A program made the translations under genes and the position numbers. DNA of 64,000 bases from Trichosphaerium sp. ATCC 40318 (taxonomy: Eukaryota; Protista; Tubulinea), in contig JALMLS010000420.1 of NCBI GenBank assembly GCA_038496445.1, positions 620,001 through 684,000 of the forward strand. Direction: 5' to 3'. The notes under the pieces are model-generated. The model was not told the DNA's origin. It searched no databases and saw nothing but the letters and a program-made list of their open reading frames with translations. Positions 13,587 through 27,395 of this stretch are shown here, in pieces. Within the stretch, counting starts at the first letter, position 1, and each line of letters opens with the position of its first letter.

Positions 13587-15140
13587 ATGACTACTACGAA
13601 AGGGGTGTTAGTATTATTGGTTATTTTAAGCATAATCCAGCTAGGACAGTGCCTAAGTACGCAGTAATACTAAAACAAAATGCTTACAAGTTGTAGCAAA
13701 TGGAGATACAGCTTACGCATTCTTAAACGCGGTAGGCTTTGCTGATAACATCTTTGACGAAGTTGCATTCACTACAGGAGGTAATGGAACTCTACCATAC
13801 ATAGACGTAGGCGGCGTAAGTAAATGACGCACAAACAATCAATAGAGCTGTTTTTTGTTACGTGATATTTGTGATATTACGAATTTGAATTATTGCTACT
13901 AAAGCAGTTTTGAAACATTTTTAGACTTTACTCAGGTCGTAGAACAGTCAAAAATCACATTTTCGTTTTTTTTGGCACATATTTGGATAATCGAATAACG
14001 TTAAATTTCCGGTCAAGGGAAATCAGCCGGAACCTTGTTCTCCGCGATATTTTGGCCTCAAATTTTTATGGAATTCTGCGAACATTCATATCACATCAAG
14101 CAAAAAAATTTAACATCTTTACTAGCATTTAATAAGCTAACTGTTTTTGTCAATTTTATAGCCTGTACTGTCTTCTGTAGCACAATTACGATTTACATTA
14201 TCTATTACGGAGACACAAGTAATCGCCACCTTTTCAGATATTTCAGGGTGTACAGACGATATATGCTCTATTGATAAATATACACTTGCTGCAACATTTA
14301 TTACTCCACAAACTACAATGCTGTCAAGTACAAAACTTCAAATTCAATTTCACAACCAAAAATCACTGACAAACTTGCAACAGATATGACACTATCTACA
14401 AACTCATGGGAAAGGGATCCTACAATTGTATTTAATGACACTTCATTTACGTACGCCTCTGATATTCTATTCTATTTCGCTCTATTTAATAGTAATGCTC
14501 CCTGGTAATGCTTACTTATTCAATAGGATAACCATCCCAAGTTCATTGTACACAATTGACAAAACATGGAGGATTGTATACGAAATCATGTCAGTACCTA
14601 CACTTGTGCCTGCAATACCTTCTACAGAATCGCCAACAACACCTCCAACAACACTACCGCCAACCACACCTCCAACAACAATACCTCCAACAACACTACC
14701 TCCAACAACATTGACGCCTACAACTGTAGCACCAACTGCAGCACCTTCAACAGAAGCGCCAACCACCACACCTCCAACATTACCTCCCACAACTACCGCC
14801 AACCACTGCAGCCCCAACATTACCTACAACTGTAACGCCAACAACAACACCACCTACAATGACACCTACGTCTGTTACACCTTCCATCACAGATGAACCT
14901 ACGGGACCAAGCAGTATTGCACCTACTGAACCAACTGCTCCTTCTATACCTACTACAGAAACGCCTACAGCTCCTTCAGTACCCACAACAAGCGCTCCAA
15001 ACTCAATTTCTCCAACAGCTCCCGTTGACACATCCACACCAACAAACTCACCAAGTGAAACATCAGTGTTGTCGGCGTCTGTACATATGTTTAGTTTCAT
15101 GTACTTGATATTGCCAATCATTCTATCAATAATATTGTGA
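13587..15140 (+). CDS. Secreted, probably GPI-anchored mucin-like Pro/Thr-rich surface protein (frameshift near 14790)
   Basis: Signal peptide MTTTKGVLVLLVILSIIQLGQC, a globular region, a long PTT/PPTT repeat stalk and the hydrophobic C-terminus 'SASVHMFSFMYLILPIILSIIL'. Confidence 0.75.
14625..14990 (+). repeat. Coding low-complexity repeat (CCA ACA ACA / CCT CCA ACA units encoding PTT/PPTT)
   Basis: Imperfect 15-nt tandem units directly visible. Confidence 0.8.
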
Positions 15141-15405
15141 TTTTTCAAGTACTGCTACCTTTTGTGTTTTGTTAAGTGGTTAATTGCGATCAGGTTTTGT
15201 GTAAATTAGACCCTGCTATCGTTGCTTGCATCTGTACAAGGAAAAAGATATGTTCAATAAAGTGAGCTGTTGCTGCTTCCTCGTCTGTGACACCCTTTTT
15301 ACGCTGACCATGATTATCATATTCATGTAAAAAAGTTGCAACAAGTCAGTCATAGTTGAAGTTGTTCATTCAAAAACACCTTAGCCTCTGTGTTCTCCTT
15401 TTACA

Positions 15406-17193
15406 ATGCAAATCATACCCCTTATTGTGCTGTTATCACTTGTACAGTAAACAAAAAGACTTTGAAACGCAACTAAGGTAATGTTTAGGGTGTAGTTGTA
15501 TCGCTACGATCTTATTCGCTTGATACTGTTACTTTAATCAAGAGTCCATTCGCTGGTTTGTCTTTTAAACTAAGATTTAACTAAAACGCCATTTGACACC
15601 CATAGGCCAATATACTAATGTCAAAATGATGGTAAATGACCTTCCTATCATTACTTATTACGATGCAGCCTACGCTCAGCTTAATTTCGCAGCGTGTATC
15701 GATGACACGTGTACCAAGAGGTTTGAAGGCGTCATTGATGGTTCAAATAGTCAACCAGGCGTACAAGTCGGTCGTTGGTCTCAAATGCGTGTTATTAATG
15801 GTAAACCTGTTGTGGCGTATACGTATGGTTGGGATCTAAAGGTTAGACACGATACAGCTGCGTCATTTTGTTTTAGTAAAAACATACCCTATTTTTGTTT
15901 CCTCACGTGATTTTTTTTTTTCTTAGGTTGCAATTTGTAATAATAACTGCTCTTCGATTGAGACTAAAGTATTGGCATCAAAAGTGGCTAATAACGTTAG
16001 TAGTAATTGTTTGTTTTTTGTTGTCTTGACGCTCTTGTTTAGAATACACATGGTGGATATACTAGCTTGGGATTCACTAGTGAATTTGCACCTGTTATTG
16101 CCTTTGGCAATGACAAAGAAGAGACGCTTTCAGTGAGAAATCAAAATTGTTAAAGCCCAGTACTAAATTGTTGAAAGATTGTAGTGTGCCATGACCCTCA
16201 GTGTTCGGGTCATACTGTTAATGTATTGGACAAAACTGCAAAATCTTATCCCGGTGTCGCTGTTTTGAAGAATGGTAACCCTGTTACAAGCTACTATGAG
16301 GATAAAGGAGCATCCATGAAGGTACACCATATTGTTTTGTTTTCGTTGATACTAATGAAATACTGCTAGTACGCTTACTGTAATGACCATCTATGCAATT
16401 CAGTGTCTACAGTTACTATTGATAATAGTACACAAGATATAGGTCGATACACCAGTACGTGATGAACTATTTGACTTTATTTTGTAGTTCTAATATTATC
16501 TGTTGTCAAAAGGCTTAACAATCGGTTCTGATGGTTTACCCATAATGATGTACACAGGTACTTCACAAATAGCTTTTTGGTAATACAAGACAAGCGTAAT
16601 AAGGCTATAGATCAAGTCAATGGATTCATCAAAGTAGCTCACTGTTCAGATGTTAAATGCCAAAAATCAGTAACTATTTCTATAATTGATAACATTGGAG
16701 TATCCTGTTATGGAGTGTTCCCTGAGATTGACATCGATCCATCCACCGGTATGTAGTATAATATCTATTAAGCGTTAGTGTCAAAGTAACAGAGTTACGT
16801 AGGGTTTGCCATTATGACGTACTTTAATCAAACAAGTTCTTTGTCTGGCTCACTAAAAATGGCTCAATGTCTTTCAGCTGATTGCTCGCAATCTCAAGCT
16901 AAAATAATATCTACTGGTCCATGTGGTTATGGTAGAGATTCATCAATTGCATTATCTAAAGATGGACACTTGTTCGTTAGTTTTCTTGATTTTAGGCACG
17001 TGCTTCTTACTCTTTTCTTCTTTTTTTCCTAATTGTTTTGTTTCTTTGTAGTTTTGGCATGGCATGTCGGCTAGCAGTATTGCACTCTACCGAAATATAT
17101 GAGAGAGCTAGTTATATTGAAGTAGAATATTCGTTCACTAATATCAGTGTCAGTAAGGAAGTTGATATATGCAGCGGGTTTAATCTTCAATAA
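15406..17193 (+). CDS. Secreted protein with seven 'G-x-Y-T-S...G-x-P-I-I-x-Y...L-K-V-A-x-C-x-D-x-x-C' repeats (predicted beta-propeller)
   Basis: Signal peptide MQIIPLIVLLSLGVVVS, with repeats such as 'GRYT|SLTIGSDGLPIMMYT|DQVNGFIKVAHCSDVKC' and 'GNPVTSYYEDKGASMK|YAYCNDHLC'. Confidence 0.75.
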
Positions 17194-17648
17194 ACATAGC
17201 ATAAAAAATGGTAATATTTGGCACAAATGTTTACTTTTTTGAGAAGTTTAACGGTTATGCACTTCTTAATGCACATGTGTCCTATTTAAAAGGCTTAAAA
17301 GTACGTGGATTCACTAAACCGGGTGTAACTATCCACTATTTTATTCAGTGTATACAAGCTAAAGTTGTTTAAAACTCCACTTTCTGGGGCGTTTATGCAA
17401 CATGAGAAGCTTTTGGTCTTACTAGCCATAACGATATCAATATAACCTGAACTTTTCAGAACGCCAACAATAGTTGTCTTGTATAACACTTGTCCTTGTA
17501 TATTTGAAAAACAGCTTCAATTTTTTGTTCGTTGACCCCAACACAGATCTGTCAAAGTAGAATGTTAGTCAACGAAGTTCACTTTTAATTCTAACTTTAG
17601 TTACGCAGTAAGTCACTCCCTGGCCATCGTTCGTAATTTAATTTAGCC

Positions 17649-18657
17649 ATGACAACAAAAAAGGTACTTACAAAAGAGATAACATATTCGCCTCACAGAA
17701 GATTAAATAGATAAGCACCGAAAAAAGTGGCAAATCAGTCTATTGAAGCTTCCACTTGAGTTACAGCTTGAAATAGTTGATTTAGACGCTGAAGTGTATA
17801 TAAAGTGGCCATTATTATCAAAGAGTACTGCGAAGACAACAAGGTTTGACGATGAGTTAAGACCCCACGGCAAATGGTTGAAATATACAAAGTGTGTGGA
17901 CATAACATCGAATGAGAAGTCAATATACATTCGAAGAAAAATGCGTACTTTAAGAAATGGTTTACGTCATGGACAGTCCTTTGTGTGGCACAGCAATGGT
18001 CAAGTATGGAAACAAATCAATTTTGTCAATGATAACATGGAAGGAGAGTACAAGTGTTGGTATGATAATGGTACTCTTAAGATACAGTATATGTATAAAA
18101 ATGGTAAACAAGGAGAGTACAAGGTTTGGTATAGTAATGGTAAAATGAAGCTGAAGAGCAATTATGTTGATGGTAAACGACAAGGAGAGTACACAATGTG
18201 GTATGAAAATGGGCAAATGAAAGAACAAGGGACTTATGTTGATTCTAAGCTTGAAGGAGCTTCAAAAGGTTGGTATGGCAGTGGAGTATTACAAAAACAT
18301 ATTAATTGGGCAAATGGTAAACGAGAAGGTGAATACAAGTATTGGCACTCAAATGGTTTATTGGAAGTACAAGGCAATTATACCAATGATGAGCTTGACG
18401 GTGACTACAAAGTTTGGTACAACAACAGTGTGTTGCATCAACAAGCTTCTTTTGTGAATGGTGTACGAGAAGGGGAATTCAAGTATTGGCATAACAATGG
18501 CCAGTTGAGCGAGTCTTATCATTATGTAAATGATATACAAGAAGGAGAATACAAAAGATGGCATTACAATGGTATATTAATGGAGCAGTGCATTTTTAAA
18601 AATGGTGAGGTTGTGGAGACAAAGCGTTGGGATGAAGGTGGTACTTTAATACCATGA
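17649..18657 (+). CDS. F-box-like + MORN-variant (YwqK-type) repeat protein, copy 1
   Basis: 'LLKLPLELQLEIVDLDAEVYIKWPLLSK..A..TRFD..L..HGKW' followed by about 9 24-aa repeats GEYKxWYxNGxL. Tiny first exon MTTKK plus one intron; needs a 1-nt correction at about 17708. Confidence 0.85.
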
Positions 18658-18927
18658 AAGAATGTGAAATGACTTGCTGTTAAATAAAGCCCTCGTAGAA
18701 AATGTAACAACATGCAATGTTGGGTTCAAAACAAATGTCAAACTATTGAAATATGGACCCTTTAAAATGGATTGTAAGCTGTTTGCAATAAAAACGTAAT
18801 CACGTGATATTAACAAGTCATTAATAGAAGGACACGGATGCTAATAGTTCGTTTAAACAATTGGCAGCAGTTTTTCCAAAACTTACGTGACTTTTGCATT
18901 TAAGTCTATTTCGCGTCAATCTATCAA

Positions 18928-20991
18928 ATGGACGGTGTAAAGCTTGATGACGATGTTCAAGAGGAGCTACAAGCCGTTTTTGATGTGTATCCGGTACCTG
19001 TGACATCAATCGTGACAAATTTGTTGACGCCTGCGCCAGGAGATCACAAGAACGAAAGGTGGATTCTCTTGGACACCAGAGAGCCGATTAGAGGTTAATG
19101 TGTTGTTTTCGTATGAAATGTAGTTCAAACTGCATTTTACGTAATATTTATGTAGTATTACGCCTGAATACCCTTCCTCACCACCAATAATCACATTTTC
19201 CGTACCTCTTCAGCTAAAAGTTCCAGAAGAGCTTGAAATTCTACAAGATCGCATTAAACGCATAGTAAACTACTACAGACGCTTAAAGATTATTAATTAA
19301 CGCCTTTTTAGGCATCACAACGCTTCGCGGATGAACCAATGCTCTTTGAGCTTATGGATCTGATAATAGAAGAGCTAGAAGAAGTACGACACTATCCTCA
19401 ACAAAAAATGTTCCCATCTGGCAATCTAACACTCTAAGGTTGTTGTACCTTCTATGGGCTTAGGTTCTTTCTCTGTGCTATCAAATGAAATGATTGTAGA
19501 AGTGTTTAATTACTTACAACCTGCATGTTTAGGTAAAGACACGCAAACAGAATTAATCACGTGGCAATCACGTGATTCTTTTGTTTCAATCTTTTAGCAA
19601 CTTACCTATATTTCGTTTTGTAATACTCAATTAGCTACGATGAACTTGGTACACACTGTCTTGATGCCAATGGTACAATATCATCGCAAGTACGCTTTTA
19701 GGTTTGTTTATTAGATCGTAATTTCTTACAAACAGCTGGGAGAAGTTTTATGAAGAATTGGGCGATTGGAAAATCCAGAGAAGAAGACTAATACATCTGG
19801 ATCATCCAGGATATTTACGTGTTAATCGTGCAACACAATTATGGTTTAGGAATAAATACGGATTGATAAGTAAAACGAAGAAACTGTCTTTTTTCAACAA
19901 ATACAGTACACTACGTAGGTGTTTTTTGTTTATCATTGGGTGATATTTTACGTTCTCTTGTATGCTAACCTATTGGCTGTAGGTACATTAATGAACGAGA
20001 ACATAGTACGCCCTTATGTGGCCACTGTTACTACAAGAGATGGTGTTGATTGTGAATGGCCTACGGTACAGTTATAACTGGCTATTGATGACGGCAAGAA
20101 TGAGATACATTTATTTTATTTAGGACAAGCATTGGACATTTTATTTTCGTGCTGAGGTAAGACATTCAATTTCTCGAACTTTTCTCTTACTTTCAACTCA
20201 GGTTCAACGAAAACTTCCTTCGATACGTATGAAACCACACAAGTCTAAGTACGTATGTTTGAATGACTATATCAATAACCTTATAAAAATAAAGTGAGGG
20301 TACAAATACAGAGCGTGGTCAGGTGATGGAGGGTAAAAAGGTTGTGGGTTATTATAACTTTCATGGAATAGAACAAGGAAGACGTCTGTGCGTTTAAAGG
20401 GTACTTGTTCAAACCTGCTTACGTGTAACGTTATAGTTATATTCTCTCCCAAGTGAATCCAGGCATGGAACCTTGCTCGCCGTATAATAGATACGAGATT
20501 GGCGTTTTTGGGTTCGAATTTATAGATAAAACTAAGTGTAAGTTACACACTTCGCATTGTTTGCTAAACTAGTTACTTTCAGTGCGTTCATTTGCAAAAA
20601 AAGTTGCAGTAGTAGCCAGAGGAAGGTTTGGAAACTCAGAATCTATTAGTAATTTAGTATCAATGGGTTAGTTGCCAATGTTTTGATGTAATCGTATGTT
20701 TTTCTTATTATATTCTTGTAGCAAATATACGTATGAATATAACTTGGCGCCATGATAAAATAACAAAATTAAGATTACAACCGTACGTAAAGATACTCTT
20801 TTCTTCGTTCACTTTTTTCTTCTTTGCAGAAACATGTCATCAATAAAATTTTATGATGATTTTTCTTTCACAATTTTTTTTTAATATTGACTTGGTTTTT
20901 ACAGAGCTAGCGGTATAGAACTTTTAGCTGATCCTGATACAAATTGTGCTTACAATACTTCTTTAAAACATCACGTGGAGTTACGTCATAG
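18928..20991 (+). CDS. RWD-domain + F-box protein (multi-exon)
   Basis: 'DVQEELQAVFDVYP', 'ITPEYPSSPPII' and 'EPMLFELMDLI' (RWD), then 'GSFSVLSNEMIVEVFNYLQPACL' (F-box). Confidence 0.7.
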
Positions 20992-21405
20992 AGAGTCAAT
21001 GAGACGAACTGTAAGAAATTATACTCAAAACGAAAATGTAACAATCTTTTTTTGGGTTATGTGCACATCTTTCGTGCCGTAGCATTGCGACTAGCACTAA
21101 ATATATGGCTTGTAAAGATATAGCTGTGGTTTTTTTGTGTTTTACGAGGAGTTAACTTAAATATGACGTTACATGCGGAATAAGGATATAACCGACGCGA
21201 ATGGGGTTAAAGAGATTACATTGCGTGAGGAGTTCAAAACCAGTCAAACTGAATCTTTTTTGTTTTTCGGTGCGTTGAGAAGTGAAGTATACATAATGGC
21301 CACAGTACGTTTCAAGCGTAGCTGTCATAGGTATTAACAAACATAGCCCGACTCCGCGATTTTGGTAATACAGCGCGCTTATAGATGCCATTTGGCATTT
21401 AAGAG

Positions 21406-23320
21406 ATGGAAAGGATTAGGTACGCGTGTTTATCTTCGCTGTTCCGTATCTCCTGCTCAAAAATCGTAAAACCGACTGTACTACTTCTTGAACGCTCTCT
21501 AAACCAATGTAGTACGAAAACATGTCCATCGTACTTATATCGCACACGAGATACTTGCAACCGAAAAAACATACGCCAAAGACTTGGGCACACTCATCGA
21601 TGCACGTTTTAGATCTATTTGTTGATGTTACGACATACTAACGGCTTTTCATCGTTAGGTTTTCGAAGTACCTCTAGAACTATCTAAAATCCTCTCAAAA
21701 GATCAAATTGCATCTATTTTCGCCAATTTAAGCGATATTGCTGGTATTCATCATGTACGTGCTGAGAAAAAACCACTCTATTTTGAATCTCATTTTATTA
21801 TTAACATAACTTCTCAATCACGTGTCAACGAGTTTATAGCGTTTTTATTTTCTTCATTCTATTGAAAATATATTAGCTCAAGTTGATTGTCACTATAGTG
21901 CAATCTACGACATTTAACAATTTTTTTCTTTTACCAAGATTTTCAGCACTTGTTTTTGTTGTTTCTTACTATTTTTTCACAGGAGTTTGTTAGTACCATA
22001 TCAAAGACTATTGAAAACTGGGACTTTAAGCAATGTCTTGGTAAACACTTTTGCGATCTTGCAAAGAAACTAAAATGCTATGAGGTGCGTTCATACAAAT
22101 GACATTTCATGTTTTCTTTTTGGTTTTCTTGTTCGCTGTATTCCTGTAGCAGCGCGATAAAACGGTTTTCTAATCCTACCATGGGACGCCTTCATACAGT
22201 TCTATTTAATCACTGTGGGCTTGTAGTATTTGTCTATTGCTACAGTTACGGAAGGTGGATATACTCATTGTTTGGTTAGGTGTATGTCAATGACTATGCT
22301 GAGCGTATGGCACTCTTCCAAAAGCTTCAAAAAACGAACTCAAAGTTTAATTCCTTTATCGCTGTACGCTTACTGAAACAATCTTTGTTTATCAACTACT
22401 TATACTTTTGTGAATCAAGAAAGCAATGGACGACCCAAGATGCAACAATCATGATTTTTTCGATTTTGCAATTGAACCAGTCCAACGGTAAGTCATGTGA
22501 TTTTATATAATTGGTTAAAGTGTGACAACTAATATACCATAGTATACCTAGATATGTCATGCTTCTTGGTGTAAGCAAAGCCGTTTTTTTTGATGATTTT
22601 TGACTTTTTTTTTTAGGAATTGATTAAAAACACTCCTGAGCACCACCACGATCATAAGTTGCTTGTAGAGGCTAAAGAGAGTATGAAACTACTCTTAAAC
22701 TACTTTAATCAAAAGAAAAAAATGGAAGATGTACAGCAAATGAGCCGTACGAAGAGCACAGATATCAAGAACGAAATGGCCGGAAGAAAAGCTGAGGTTT
22801 GTCTTCTTTCTTTTTTTTATTAAACACTCCGATGTTTGGTTTGGACTTACTTGTAGCTTTGTAGACCTTTTTCAAATCAGAACATCTATACTTGCATGAG
22901 GGCTTTATCAGTCTTACAGATAATTGCTCTGAGCACCATAAGCACGAGCCTTGTTATGCGTTTTTATTCACTGATGCAATTCTTCTTGCGTCACCTCTTA
23001 GTTCCCAACCTTTGACAGGTTTTCTGAGACGTATGACAGGATATAAATTCAGTGTATTGCACGCTATCAGGTTGGATAAATTCACTGTTAATGGTACGTT
23101 CTATTGTGACAAGTCAAAACAAGATTTTTTGTTTCTTTCGTTGTAACACAGCATAGTTTGTGAGAACGGGTTTGAGCTCATTAAGAGAGATGGTAACCTG
23201 GCGTTCACTATACATGTTGAAAAGAAAGAAGAGCTTATAGATTGGACTAGACACTTGCGTACAAGAAGAAGTTCAATTGAAGAATTGAGAAAGCTAAAGG
23301 ATGCTGTTAAGAACCTTTGA
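21406..23320 (+). CDS. RhoGEF (DH-PH) protein
   Basis: 'IAHEILATEKTYAKDL', 'IFANLSDI', 'FAIEPVQR|IPRYVMLL|ELIKNTP' and PH 'LHEGFI...YAFLFTDAILLA'. The 5' end is uncertain. Confidence 0.88.
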
Positions 23321-23495
23321 ATAACACAGTTCAATACATTTCTTTTTTCCACTTAAACGTCCTCATTTTTTTAAGCTAAGTACTAGTTGCTGAATATAGC
23401 CCTGTGTAGTCTATATGACATCTACAGTCTATAATTAAAGGTTAGTTGAGTTGTTATTTTAACGTAACAAGCGTGTAGTGAACAACTAACTTTTT

Positions 23496-24245
23496 CTACT
23501 TTATTTTTTTTTTGTTTATTTTTTCGTAGTACACAAGAACATTATTGTTATACTTTCTAAGTTCACATAGAATACCATCTTTGTTGTATTGTTTGTGTTC
23601 TCCATGAATGACACCATTAGAATAATCAATCTCAGTTAATAAAGGTCTTACACTATTAACAACACGTGCACCCCATCTTTGATACTTTCCATTAACATTG
23701 CCATCAACATAACTACACAGTACCTCTTGAGTACCATCTTTATACCATTTTTTATAAGTCCCATCAGCCTTGCCATGTTTATAAGTACATTCAAATGACA
23801 ATACACCATTTTGATGCCATTTCCTGCATAAACCCTGTCTTTCATCATTTATGTATGTACTTTCTTCTTTTAACTTTCCACTCTCCCACCATTGCTTGTA
23901 TGGTCCATTTTTAACACCGTTCATACAGTTGTAGTGATACTTCATGGTACCATTATTGTATGTTTCTTTGTATTCTTCTGTTGTTTCTGTGTAATAGTAC
24001 CAGAAAGAAGCGCCATTAGAATCCCAGTACATTTGTTCCTTTTCTTTGTTGTTTTCAAATGTTAGCTTAGCACATTTTCTGTTACCGTTGTATACAATGA
24101 ATACGCCGTGTTTATCTATATTTGAGTTGAATCTTGTTGTTGTAGCTGTTTGAAAGCAAAGTAGAGGCCATATAACATATACAAACCTATCTGTGTTCAA
24201 TATTAGATGTTGTAGTTCTAGCGGAAGCGAAGTTAGCCCCGACAT
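23496..24245 (-). CDS. F-box-like + MORN-variant repeat protein, copy 2
   Basis: Single ORF: 'LTSLPLELQHLILNTDRFVYVIWPLLC..TA..TRFN..I..HG' plus G.YK.W..NG repeats. Confidence 0.85.
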   Translation of the reverse strand: MSGLTSLPLELQHLILNTDRFVYVIWPLLCFQTATTTRFNSNIDKHGVFIVYNGNRKCAKLTFENNKEKEQMYWDSNGASFWYYYTETTEEYKETYNNGTMKYHYNCMNGVKNGPYKQWWESGKLKEESTYINDERQGLCRKWHQNGVLSFECTYKHGKADGTYKKWYKDGTQEVLCSYVDGNVNGKYQRWGARVVNSVRPLLTEIDYSNGVIHGEHKQYNKDGILCELRKYNNNVLVYYEKINKKKIK

Positions 24246-24327
24246 TCGCTACCTCCAAGAAATGAAAAGTCAATAACAGTGTTCCGATTAAATATTGCAA
24301 AAAGGACAAGCAATTCTTACGAAGACA

Positions 24328-27000
24328 ATGTCCAACGTGAGCGAAGACGCTGAGGTACTAGCTTACAACGCTCTTACTTCTCCTCTAACGCTTGATAGGC
24401 TCTAGCTCCTCCAAAACGTCAAAAAATAAATGAAACAGATACAAATATACCTACAGAAGAGCTACTATCGTTTATAACGCATGCACGCATTTTCTTGGAG
24501 TCAAATAAGCGTTTCGTTGATTATGAGGTACCTGTCACGTTTCTTTGTGCTTTTGTAATTAAACTAAATTCATAGTCGGAAATAAGCGAGTTTGGTGATT
24601 GTGTCGGTTGGTTTAAAAAAATACAACAAACCTTACCGGCTTTGGAGCAGACACTTCAATTGCGTGTACGCATAACCATAAAACAAAGCCGGCATACTGT
24701 TTCAAACCACGTGGTTTTCACTGAAATCTAACTCTGCGTACAGATTATTAAAGAGTGTGGGTCAAAGCAAAACTATTTCGACGCAATTCCACTGGAAGTT
24801 CTTGCAATGATATTTGAGTATTTGACAAAATCTCAAACAAGGTTATTGGGTCACGTGTGTAGGTATTGGAAGGATGCATTACGATTGGTGTTTGGCCGAA
24901 TATTAGAATTTGACAAGTACGTTTACTAGTGCCAGCTGTGTTGCTCGAAAATGATTAATAAAATAGGTGTTGGGTAACTGATATGATGCTAATCGGTAAA
25001 GTCAAAAGGAGAGCTGATAGGCTGCAGACGCTTATGTATGTCTCAAAAAGGGTTCAACTTGTTCTTTACTATAATTGCACCTTGTTGTTAAAGCTGACTT
25101 AATGGTTTACCTCTAGTATTAATGAATGTGGATGGTTGGAGCCAGATTCAATTGTTAAGGCCATCAGTGAATGCAGTCAGCTTACCGAGTTGAACTTGAG
25201 TGGTGTTGATGCCAGAACATGGACGATTGGAAAAGTAGTTGATTTGTTCAAAGCGATTTCAAAACAAACGTCTCTCACTACCCTTGGGTGAGTTCCTTGT
25301 CAACTGTTAGTATCAGGGTATTATACCTTTCTAATACATTCACAAATCCTAGACTGCCCTCACGTAACAGAAAGGTTGCCTCAAAGCACTTTTCACTGTT
25401 AAAGTTACCTTTGTTGACAACACTTGAAGTCTTTGACTTTAATTTTGGGAATGTTTTTTCTAAAGTGCATTCATGCTTTCCAAGCCTTAAACATTTATCA
25501 GTAAATTCTGAATCATGTAGAAAGATAGACTATGGAAGTGACATTGTACCACTTAACTTGGAAGTACGTTCATACTTTCTATTTGGTTGTTTATTTATTG
25601 GCAGAGCTTCTGGTGTACTGGCACTTTAGCACCTGAGTGGAAGTGGAACACAATAATAAACGAGCAACTATGCACAAAATTATCAATATCAAATACAAAT
25701 GTTACTAAACTTGGAGACTTACCATGCCTCAGAGAGTTATTTGTTTACTATGATGATCTTGGTAGTACAAATGATTTTGATGCCAAAGTGTTAAGAAAGT
25801 TTCCTCATCTCATTCGCTTTAAGCTACATTCACGTACTTGTTGAAAATCACTATAATTCTATAAACATTGTCAAGCTTACATCATGATTTTTTTAGAGGA
25901 GGTTAATATAGATAAAGGCTCAGGTGTGGCTTTACCTAGCCTCTTTTTTACAATGTTCTCATTTGTGCTAATGCTTGGCTAGGACCTCTATGTTTGAATC
26001 TTGAAGCTTTGACACTTCGCATTAGGGGTAATCCGGTATCTCTTTTAAAACTGTAAGCCGAAGCACTTTCAGATAATGATTTGACAGCTACTACAGGCTT
26101 CCAAGTAGTTTGAAAGAAATAAATATTGAGTATTCAATACTTGAAATTGTAGATGACGAATCGAGGGAGTGCAATCGTCTTTTACAAGACAGATTTCAAA
26201 ACTTAAGGAAACTCAGGGTATTATATTGAGATTTTTATAGAGCTAACATATGACCTTTAGATTGTTGGATTGTTTGATTATCAACTTATTCCAAACAAAT
26301 ATCATGTGGCATTTCAAGGCTTATATGAACTTGACATAAACGCTTACACTGTTTCTTCAGAGTATTTACCCACGATTGCTGGTATGTAAAGAGTACTTTA
26401 TTGTTTTCTTAACCCATGAATTAGAGAATTGTAATTTGATCAACTTGAAGCTACACCTTTACAAAGATGGTGATGCTGTTAGAAATTTAGTGGTTTCAAT
26501 GACATCACTAAAAAAGCTTAACCTCAGATCATGCGCTTGTTCTCCATTTACAATGCCACACCCCTCAAAAAAGTTAGTCAAGTCCAACAAGTATTGGTCA
26601 GCTATTAATTTTATATTTAGTTTTCATACATTGATTGAACATGGATCAACTGTGAATGGTTTGATATGTACATAACATAATATTTCTCATTTTTTTCTAA
26701 TTTATCACTTGTAGTTCCAACAATTTCTTGCCTTGATGTCCACTTTTTATTGAAGGGTAGTCTAGATTTTATGATTGGATTTATTGAGAAATCTCCTTTA
26801 TTAGAAACTATTTACATACATGGATCAGCCCATGAATCGTACTTGGAACAATTGAAAATGTTAGTGTTTTATAACCTTTTTAACTCAATGCTGACTTTGG
26901 TATGTTGTGTAGGTACCTCAAAGTTACCAAAAGGAAGTTTAAATGTTATACAGATAGATGGCGTACTGCAGTTTGTGCTATACAGCCACAATTGGTTTAA
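24328..27000 (+). CDS. F-box/LRR protein, tandem paralog 1
   Basis: NLS-like 'APPKRQKI', F-box 'YFDAIPLEVLAMIFEYL..SQTRLLGHVCRYW' and many LxxLxLxx repeats on short exons. Confidence 0.85.
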
Positions 27001-27395
27001 AAACAGAAGAAAGTCATTGTTCTATTACAATCAGTTAAGCCTTTGACATCAATATGTAGCCAAAGTGAGGCAGTATTTGCAACCACTCAATCACGTAACA
27101 TATATTGAGACGATTGATACTGTACCACCAATACCACACTCTGTACCTGCCTCCTACTTGTCAATAAAACAGTAGCAAAGGCGGAGAGCAGTTCCTGCCC
27201 TTGATTGTCACATTAAACTAAAGGCTACTAACATCTGTTCAAGCCGTAACACTATATCAGCTGTCATAAACTTACTTTGCACTATTGCAAGGTATCAAGA
27301 TCAAGGGCTAATCGTAGCTACTGCTGTTGAACACGTGTTTTAAGTGAGTATGTTGGTAAGGCGTTGTTGAAGTAAAAGCAATTATTACGAAGACA

